A DNA stretch of 64,000 nucleotides, taken from Bacillota bacterium (GTDB lineage: Bacteria; Bacillota; Ch66; Ch109). The stretch covers positions 160,001 through 224,000 of the forward strand of contig JBMNLH010000004.1 of the NCBI GenBank assembly GCA_050952625.1, read 5' to 3'. The translations under genes were made by a program, and so were the position numbers. Shown piece after piece: positions 55,717 through 64,000 of this stretch. The stretch's first letter is position 1, and each line of letters starts with the position of its first letter. Under the pieces are notes generated by a model. That model worked only from the letters and a program-made list of their open reading frames with translations. It did no database searches and was not told the origin of the DNA.

Positions 55717-56874
55717 ATGTCCATGTTTCAAGAAAAACAGTTTTTGCAAATGCCGGGTCCAACACCGGTACCACCTCAGGTATTAAGGGCCTTGAGCCAG
55801 CCGATGATCAACCACCGGGGGCCAGAATTTAAGGAACTCTTTGAAGAGGTCACCACTGGGGTGCAAAAAACTTTTAAAACAGAAAATCCGGTTTTGATCT
55901 TTCCAGCCGCTGGTACCGGGGGGTTGGAAGCAGCAGTAGTTAATTTTATCTCCCCAGGAGAAAAGGTTTTAGTAGCCTCAATCGGCGTATTTGGCAACCG
56001 GTTTGCAGAAATCGCCAGTAAGTTTGGTGCTCAAGTGGAGAAGATGGAGTTTGAATGGGGAACCGCCGTAGACCCAGCCCAGTTGGCGGACCGGCTGGCC
56101 TCAGATCAAGCCGGGGAGATCAAGGCAGTGATCGTTACCCATAATGAGACCTCAACCGGGGTGACTAATAATTTACCAGCAATTCGGCAGGCTATGGGCA
56201 ATCATCCGGCCCTGTTAATAGTGGATGCAGTCAGCAGTCTGGGAGCAGTTGATTTGCGAACTGATGAATGGGGCCTGGATGTCGTGGTCACCGGGGCGCA
56301 GAAGGCCTTTATGCTTCCGCCTGGTTTAGCCTTCGTTAGCGTCAGTCCTAAAGCTTGGGCGGTCGCCGAAAAATGTACTAACTCTAAATATTATTGGGAT
56401 CTGACCGCGGCTAAGAAGTATCTAGAAAAAGGGCAGACTCCCTATACCCCGGCCATATCCTTATTGACCGGGTTGCGTGAATCCTTAAAAATGATGCACG
56501 CGGAGGGATTGGATCAGGCTTTTGTCCGGCATACCCGGTTGCGGGATATGACCCGAGCCGCGATGCGGACCCTGGGGTTGCGGCTGATGGCCGCCGATGA
56601 CATTGCCTCCTCATCCTTAACTTCGGTCTACGCCCCAGAGGATGTCGAGGCCAACAAGCTGCGAAAGGTGGTCCGGGAAAAGTATAATGTGATTCTGTCA
56701 GGAGGACAGCAAAAGCTGGACAATAAAATATTCCGGGTTGGCCATTTAGGCTGGGTGCAGCCCCTAGATATCGTAGCCACCATTGCTGCGATTGAAATGG
56801 GGTTACTGGATTGCGGCTGCAGTATTGAATTAGGCAGCGGAGTTCGAGCAGCGCAACAGGTTCTGAGAAGCTAA
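55717..56874 (+). CDS. Class V PLP aminotransferase (serine-glyoxylate/phosphoserine aminotransferase-like)
   Basis: MPGPTPVP, HNETSTG, VDAVSS and GAQKAFMLPPG motifs; start after GGAGG at 55717 (the longer ORF overlaps the T-box). Confidence 0.88.
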   Translation: MSMFQEKQFLQMPGPTPVPPQVLRALSQPMINHRGPEFKELFEEVTTGVQKTFKTENPVLIFPAAGTGGLEAAVVNFISPGEKVLVASIGVFGNRFAEIASKFGAQVEKMEFEWGTAVDPAQLADRLASDQAGEIKAVIVTHNETSTGVTNNLPAIRQAMGNHPALLIVDAVSSLGAVDLRTDEWGLDVVVTGAQKAFMLPPGLAFVSVSPKAWAVAEKCTNSKYYWDLTAAKKYLEKGQTPYTPAISLLTGLRESLKMMHAEGLDQAFVRHTRLRDMTRAAMRTLGLRLMAADDIASSSLTSVYAPEDVEANKLRKVVREKYNVILSGGQQKLDNKIFRVGHLGWVQPLDIVATIAAIEMGLLDCGCSIELGSGVRAAQQVLRS

Positions 56875-57055
56875 TCTAGCCTATGAATATAACCATTTAT
56901 TCGTTAATCGCTATGCGAGCAACGCGTGACTAATTCTGAGCATGGGCGGTTAGCAAGTAAGTAAATAATACGCATACAGGTATGGGTGGTTTGGGACGGT
57001 TTGTAAGAAAATTGCGTCGATCATTCAAATGACTAGAAAATAGGGGGTTATAGAG

Positions 57056-58648
57056 ATGGCTGAAAGAATGAAAGTTGTCGTGGCAGAACGGATTGCTGAC
57101 GCCGGGATCGAGATTTTGCAAAAAGAACTAGATGTTGATATCAGATTCGGCATCAAGCAAGACGAATTGCTGGAGATCATTGAGGACTATGATGCGCTGA
57201 TTGTGCGCAGCGTCATCAAGGTTAACGAAGAATTGCTCAATCGGGCCAAGAAGCTGAAGGTGGTCGGACGGGCGGGGAATGGGATTGATAATATAATGGT
57301 GCCAGCGGCGACGAAGCGTGGGGTGCTGGTGGTCAATACCCCAGAGAGCAACACTATTTCCGCTGCAGAGCATACTATTGGACTGCTCCTGGCTTCCATT
57401 CGCAACATCCCGGCTGCGACCATGCAGTTAAAGAGTGGTGGTTGGGACCGCACTCCTTTTAAAGGGGTAGAACTCTACGGAAAAACCGTCGGGATCGTTG
57501 GTTTGGGACGGATTGGTTCCATGGTCGCGACCCGGTTAGCCTCTTTTGGGATGAAGGTTTTAGCTTATGACCCCTACATTGCTGACGAGCGGTTCAAACG
57601 GTTCGGTGCCGAAAAGGTGACGGAATTAAATGAACTGGTCCGGCGTTCCGATTTCATCACCGTTCACACTCCACGGACTGCTGAGACCATGGGGATGATT
57701 GGCGAGGAGCAATTCAAGATTGCTAAACGGGGCGTTCGGGTAGTTAATTGCGCCCGCGGCGGGATTATTAACGAAGCGGCTTTAATTAAAGCCATGGAAG
57801 AAGGCATTGTCGCCAGTGCCGGGATTGACGTCTTTGAGAAAGAGCCGTCACCGGGGAACCCGATCTTTAACTTGGAAAAAATCGCCGTTACTCCCCACTG
57901 TGGTGCCGATACTGTCGAAGCTCAGGACCGGGTCGGAATCACCATCGCCAATCAGGTCATTGCCGGGCTGCGGGGAGAACTGGTGCCCAATGCCGTTAAC
58001 CTGCCGACCTTACAGGAAGAGGAATTGGTTTCACTGCACCCGTTCCTTTGCCTAGCGGAAAAGATGGGTAAAGTTTACTTCCAACTGGATAAAAATCCAG
58101 TGGAACGAGTAGAAATTACTTATAGCGGACGGGTAGCCAACAAAGACACAGATATGTTAACCATCTCCTTCCTGAAGGGTTTGCTGGAGCCGATTATGGG
58201 AGAAAAGGTTAACTACGTTAATGCTTCCTTAATTACCGAACACCGGGGAGTCAAGGTGATTTCCAGCAAGGAAGAGTCTAATGATCGGAGATTTGTCAAT
58301 CTGATTACGGCCCGGGTCTACTCAAGCAATACCTTTATGGAGATTGCCGGTACCTTATCTGCTAACCAGGAGCCCCGCTTAGTGGGAGTTAAGGGTTACG
58401 ATACAGATATTACCCCGACAGATAATATGTTGTTTGTGGAAAACATTGATCGTCCTGGGGTGATTGGCCCGTTTGCCTGTGTGCTGGGTGAACATAATAT
58501 TAATATCGCGATGATGGGTGTTGGCCGGCGGCAGCGCGGCGAGGTAGCCCTGATGACCTTGAATGTAGACAGCCAGGTAGACGAGGACGTAGTCCGAAAA
58601 TTAAAAGAGATCGATGGGATTATAAATGTTAAAGTGGTTAAGTTTTAA
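57056..58648 (+). CDS. serA: D-3-phosphoglycerate dehydrogenase (long ASB+ACT form)
   Basis: GRAGNGIDN, GLGRIG, NCARGG, TPHCGA and DRPGVIG (ACT) motifs. Confidence 0.95.
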   Translation: MAERMKVVVAERIADAGIEILQKELDVDIRFGIKQDELLEIIEDYDALIVRSVIKVNEELLNRAKKLKVVGRAGNGIDNIMVPAATKRGVLVVNTPESNTISAAEHTIGLLLASIRNIPAATMQLKSGGWDRTPFKGVELYGKTVGIVGLGRIGSMVATRLASFGMKVLAYDPYIADERFKRFGAEKVTELNELVRRSDFITVHTPRTAETMGMIGEEQFKIAKRGVRVVNCARGGIINEAALIKAMEEGIVASAGIDVFEKEPSPGNPIFNLEKIAVTPHCGADTVEAQDRVGITIANQVIAGLRGELVPNAVNLPTLQEEELVSLHPFLCLAEKMGKVYFQLDKNPVERVEITYSGRVANKDTDMLTISFLKGLLEPIMGEKVNYVNASLITEHRGVKVISSKEESNDRRFVNLITARVYSSNTFMEIAGTLSANQEPRLVGVKGYDTDITPTDNMLFVENIDRPGVIGPFACVLGEHNINIAMMGVGRRQRGEVALMTLNVDSQVDEDVVRKLKEIDGIINVKVVKF

Positions 58649-58676
58649 CAAGTTAAGCTAAAGGATCTGAAGTTAG

Positions 58677-59982
<1,306 letters not shown>

Positions 59983-60109
59983 CCGCTTTTTGACCTGGAT
60001 TCGCCGCGATAAGGGGATGGAAAACCTTTAGAGAAATTCGACGGGCTTGACAAAATCAGCGTAGCTGTGCTATGATTTATCCGCCTTTGCAGAGTTGCAA
60101 AGGCGACGC

Positions 60110-60199
60110 GGAGGGGTGTCCGAGCGGTTGAAGGAGGCGGTCTTGAAAACCGTTGATGGGGTGACTCATCCGTGGGTTCGAATCCCACCTCCTCCGCCA
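60110..60199 (+). tRNA. tRNA-Ser(TGA)
   Basis: GGAGGGG acceptor, CT-TGA-AA loop, long variable arm, TTCGAATC, encoded CCA. Confidence 0.95.
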
Positions 60200-60275
60200 T
60201 TATTAAAGCTTCTAGCTTGACTTTTGACGAAGAGTTACGTATAATTAACCTTGGCTTTGACAATGAATGTTTTAC

Positions 60276-60370
60276 GGAGAGATGGCCGAGTCGGTCGAAG
60301 GCGGTCGCCTGCTAAGCGATTAAGCGAGCTAAAACTCGCTTCGAGGGTTCGAATCCCTCTCTCTCCGCCA
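60276..60370 (+). tRNA. tRNA-Ser(GCT)
   Basis: GGAGAGA acceptor, CT-GCT-AA loop, long variable arm, encoded CCA. Confidence 0.95.
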
Positions 60371-60737
60371 TTACAGAGATTTAGCCTTCATTCAATAGTT
60401 AATTGGATGGAGGTTTAAGTTTTTATTACCTGATGAAAGGTGAAATATTTTGTATTAGATCGAGTATCTTTCACCGGGTAGAGTTGGCCCCAGGATTCAG
60501 AAGACGATGGGTTTACACCCGATCTTCATGTTATAAGTTGACTTAGATTAGCGTTATTGATAGAATTAACTGTACATTAACGGACTTTGCGGTTCAGAGA
60601 TTTACCTAGCAAGCATGAGATCCGTTGTACCTGAAAAGTGAAAAAGGGGTAATCCGAAGCGTAAGGCTTCCCATCTTGGCCTTGACCAAAGCCAATGTTC
60701 TTGGTATAATGCACTGGTCAGGTTTTAAAGTTAATAG

Positions 60738-60813
60738 GCGCCCGTAGCTCAGTGGATAGAGTAACGGACTACGAATCCGGAGGTCGCAGGTTCGAATCCC
60801 GCCGGGCGCGCCA
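60738..60813 (+). tRNA. tRNA-Arg(ACG)
   Basis: GCGCCCG/CGGGCGC acceptor, CT-ACG-AA loop, encoded CCA; own TTGACC-N17-TATAAT promoter. Confidence 0.92.
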
Positions 60814-60891
60814 TGTGAAAGTCTTATCCCGCAAGTGATTGCGGGATTTTTGCTTTTGTAATGAGTCACCAGGAATTCATTTTGAAGTGCG

Positions 60892-61044
60892 GTGATCTCT
60901 ATTCCTAATGGGGAATTAATTGAAGGATATTTAAGGACCGGGAAAATGAAACTGGTGCAAGCCTGGATAGAAATACATCAGGACGAATTGATCGCCAACT
61001 GGGAACTGGCTATTCGTGGTGAGAGTATATATAAAATAGATCTA
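60892..61044 (+). pseudogene. C-terminal half of a DUF4160-like protein
   Basis: GELIEG.L...KMKLVQAWIEIHQDELIANWELA..G...YKID; N-terminal H.PPH.H part absent. Confidence 0.6.
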
Positions 61045-61096
61045 ATTTCGGTACGACGAATTGGACGAAGTACAATGCATGAAGAGGTGGCTAATC

Positions 61097-61663
61097 ATGG
61101 AAGTCAGATATCCGGAAATGGGCATATGTGGTCTCTCGTGTCAATTATGTCCGAGATATCATTCTAATAGCAACAGTAGATGTGAAGGCTGTAAAAGCAA
61201 AACAAGAATGAATGCGGGATGTCCTTTTATTACATGCGCTATCAAGAAAAAAGAAATTGAATTTTGTTGGGAATGCCATGATGACAATAAGTGTGAAAAG
61301 TGGGCAAAACATCGGGAAGCGGGAAGAAAATTCGATTCGTTTTAGTGTTACCAAAAGCTTGAAGAAGATATTTATTTTATCCAGGAAAATGGATTTGAAG
61401 AATATAAAATATTACAGAACATGCGGGAAGAAATACTAAGGGAAATGCTGGAGAATTATAATGAGGGACGTTCAATGAGTTATTATTCTATTGCGGCAAC
61501 TGTTTTGACAATTGAAGAATTAAAAGGGGCATTAATAAAAGCAAGTAAAGATTCTAATGGCTTAGATATCAAAAGTAAATCAAAAATTCTTCACTCAATA
61601 TTAGACGAAATTGGTCAACGGAAAGGGTATTTCCTAGGACTACGTAAAAAAGGGAAGTTTTAA
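61097..61663 (+). pseudogene. DUF3795-like Cys-rich protein with an in-frame TAG at 61343-61345
   Basis: CGLSCQLC, CEGC, C..KK..EFCWEC; the frame continues CYQKLEED... into ORF 61421-61663. Confidence 0.7.
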
Positions 61664-61761
61664 TGCTTAATCACTTTTATAGATCCAACCTGATTAATTC
61701 AAAGTTTAGTTGTAATATTTTGATTCTGGGAAAACCTAATCATACGGGAGGTGCTTAAATA

Positions 61762-61929
61762 ATGCGAGGAACTAACACAAGCTGGCTGGTTACTGGTTTA
61801 GGTGCGGCAGTTACCGGAATTGGAGCAACCATGCTCAGAGGTCCTCTCGCATCCGGCACCATTGGTTTTGGTCTAGCCCATATGGTATTGGGCGTGGCGG
61901 ATATGTTTCGGCCAAGCGTTCGCCATTAA
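61762..61929 (+). CDS. 55-aa two-TM glycine-rich small membrane protein (not in the ORF track)
   Basis: GGGAGGTG RBS; MRGTNTSWLVTGLGAAVTGIGATMLRGPLASGTIGFGLAHMVLGVADMFRPSVRH; followed by a hairpin. Confidence 0.7.
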   Translation: MRGTNTSWLVTGLGAAVTGIGATMLRGPLASGTIGFGLAHMVLGVADMFRPSVRH

Positions 61930-62310
61930 CCTTATCCCGTAAGAGGCATCAGGTTTAACCTGGTGCCTTAAAAATGTTCGGAGACCGAGAATACATTTTA
62001 ATTTGGCAATCAGGAGGCTGCTGAAAGGACTTTGAATGATCGAAGACAATAATATATATTATATGTGGTACGTAAATAGGGAAGGGTGTTTAGCCAAAGA
62101 TATTTGATATCTCGGCCAATAAGAGCATACACTGAATTATGATTAGAGATAATACTTTTGTACTCGTACCGTTAGGTAGCTAGATCAAAATTTTGAGCAA
62201 ACTTGTCTAAATAATTATATGGTCATAAAATAAATATTGGGCTGGTCATTGCCTTCATGACTCTTAGAATACAGTGACCTGGAAGAAGTCATAAATCCGA
62301 TTGCTGCTGG

Positions 62311-62571
62311 TTGCTAAGGTTAGAGACGTCAATAATAATATGGAAGGATGGGATATTTGTGAGAGATCATTTTGTTGAACTGCCTATTTTAGCAGATTCC
62401 AGAGAATTCTTAGATAAAGAGATTGAGATCTTTCGGAAGAATAACGAGGAATTGAACCCAAGGTTTAAAATATTTTTAAACAGGATAGAGCCGAACCCGG
62501 ATACGGTCGTTTTTACCGAAAACAATCACCAGTTGTTTCAGGTGTTTTTCGATTATGAAATAAGCTTATAA
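62311..62571 (+). CDS. Hypothetical protein (start possibly GTG 62359)
   Basis: Open frame with a GGAAGGA/GGGA RBS-like sequence before the internal GTG; no recognised family. Confidence 0.4.
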   Translation: MLRLETSIIIWKDGIFVRDHFVELPILADSREFLDKEIEIFRKNNEELNPRFKIFLNRIEPNPDTVVFTENNHQLFQVFFDYEISL

Positions 62572-62582
62572 GATAAACCCGA

Positions 62583-62693
62583 GTGAACTCGTTTAACTGC
62601 GCTGAACATCGAAGCTTCAGACGGAAACTCTATACTCCACTTGAAGTCTAAACAAGGTAACCCCCACCTAATAGAAGTGGGGGTCTTTTGAAC
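62583..62693 (-). repeat. Copy (I) of the TTTAT..TTCAC element
   Basis: GTGAACTCGTTTAACTGCGCTGAAC...CCCCCACCTAATAGAAGTGGGGGTCTTTTGAAC. Confidence 0.87.
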
Positions 62694-62765
62694 GCGCTTG
62701 AGTTTTCATACTCAGTTAGTGCCACCCTAGTGACATGAGGATCGAATTGGAAGATAACAGATTTG

Positions 62766-64000
62766 CTACACAACAAACTTTTTCGTCTCTTCTTTGAGAC
62801 TATCCATCATTGCCACCAGTTCCTTCAGGTTTTGACCGACTGTTTGCGTCGAAGCAGTCATTTGCTGCGTTGAGGCAGCAATTTCTTCTGAGGCGGCCGC
62901 ACTTTCCTGCGAAATAGAGACAATGTTTTCGATCCGTGAATTAATTGTTTGGGTTTGCTCTTGTACAACGCCAGCCTTGGCTTCCGCATCATGCAGAAGT
63001 TCGGCTACTCTTAGCGTCTCATCTGCGATTTGTTTGAACCGTTCCCGGGCTTTGTCCCCAATGCTTGTTTGCTCGCTGATCAGTTTAGCAGTCTCCATGG
63101 TAGCGGTAACGGCTGTCGATACATCGAGCGTTATTTGTTTGATTAAGGCAGCGATCTCATTGGCCTGGGTACTGGAGGCTTCGGCCAGTTTTCGGACTTC
63201 GTCAGCCACAACCGCGAACCCGCGGCCGGCATCGCCGGCTCTAGCTGCTTCGATAGCGGCGTTTAGGGCCAGGAGATTTGTTTGTTCAGCAATGTTGGCG
63301 ATAACGGAAGTAATCCCGTTGATTTGTTCAGCCTGAGCCGTTAAACGGTCCATTAATGTTTGGACTAGCTGAGATTTATTATTGGTTTCTTGCATTCGGT
63401 CAGTCAGTTCCTGCATAACCTGTTCACCTTGGCGAGTGTTGTCGACGGTCTCTTCGGTTGTCTGAGAAATGACACTAATATTTTGCGCCAGCAGATTCAT
63501 TTGATTGCCGGTATTAGAGACCGCGGCAGCGATACTGGTTAAATCATTCACTGTTTCTTGAGCACCGCTGCTGATTTGATTAATAGAGATCGCTACCTGA
63601 TCGGATACTTGAGCAGTATTCTCGGTCGCCTCGGAAATGTCCCGGACGTAAGAATCCACGTTGGTAATTGCATTCTGAAGAGACCTAATAACCCCTCCAG
63701 TATTCTTGACCATCGTTTTTAAGGAACGGCCGAGGAGTTGTAATTCGCCGATCGAACTGGTATCCTCAATATCAACCTGGAGGTTTCCGGTGGCCAGGAT
63801 ATCCGTTTTATTAACCAGCGCGCTAAGCGGTTGAGATAGCTGGCGGCTAATGAAAATCGCTATGATAGCCACAATTATTATTGATATTAAAGTGACTCCC
63901 AAATTTGTCCGCATCAGGGATCCGGTGATGTCATAAACCTCGTTGGCCGGTTGGGATAGGAGAACATACCATTCGGCGTTCTTAAAGGTAGAGTAAGCGG
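62766..64000 (-). CDS. Membrane-bound methyl-accepting chemotaxis protein, 5' part outside the window
   Basis: TM2, [41 protein letters not shown]. Confidence 0.92.
   Translation of the reverse strand, partial: AYSTFKNAEWYVLLSQPANEVYDITGSLMRTNLGVTLISIIIVAIIAIFISRQLSQPLSALVNKTDILATGNLQVDIEDTSSIGELQLLGRSLKTMVKNTGGVIRSLQNAITNVDSYVRDISEATENTAQVSDQVAISINQISSGAQETVNDLTSIAAAVSNTGNQMNLLAQNISVISQTTEETVDNTRQGEQVMQELTDRMQETNNKSQLVQTLMDRLTAQAEQINGITSVIANIAEQTNLLALNAAIEAARAGDAGRGFAVVADEVRKLAEASSTQANEIAALIKQITLDVSTAVTATMETAKLISEQTSIGDKARERFKQIADETLRVAELLHDAEAKAGVVQEQTQTINSRIENIVSISQESAAASEEIAASTQQMTASTQTVGQNLKELVAMMDSLKEETKKFVV

Overview
This window is the replication-origin region of a spore-forming, anaerobic Bacillota genome (Clostridia; Peptococcaceae/Moorella-like, judged from gene content and the look of the 16S, not from a database search). 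Left arm: selB-selA, sporulation genes (ykvI-like, yyaC), a bactofilin plus M23 peptidase pair (the M23 gene has an internal TAA), a c-di-GMP-I riboswitch driving a soluble chemoreceptor, larC, an SPFH/RHH pair, two parS sites, then spo0J-soj-rsmG-mnmG-mnmE-jag-yidC-yidD-rnpA-rpmH. Centre: dnaA-oriC-dnaN-recF-remB-gyrB-gyrA and an rRNA operon. Right arm: an IS21 element, an 8 kb mosaic island (AAA ATPase, hemerythrin-CheX, type I RM fragments, ECF sigma/anti-sigma, two orphan serine-recombinase tails), a 6xLysM coat protein, ruvCAB, pdxST, a Ser T-box operon (aminotransferase-serA-serS), three tRNAs and a small decayed island. The most striking signals are these. (1) The rRNA operon has three large insertions. 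Those in 16S helix 6 and 23S helix 45 are built from the same inverted heptamer-repeat arms, and the 23S one carries an RBS plus a truncated four-helix-bundle (IVP/Avd-like) gene, suggesting one hairpin-forming element family that parasitises rRNA. The third is an unrelated 169-nt GC-rich insertion at the tip of 23S helix 68. (2) Nine copies of a ~115-bp three-hairpin element whose consensus runs TTTAT...TTCAC (IS200/IS605-type non-autonomous element), including copies inside the rRNA spacer, next to the rRNA promoter and supplying the pdxT stop codon. All family assignments come from motif recognition by eye; no searches were run.
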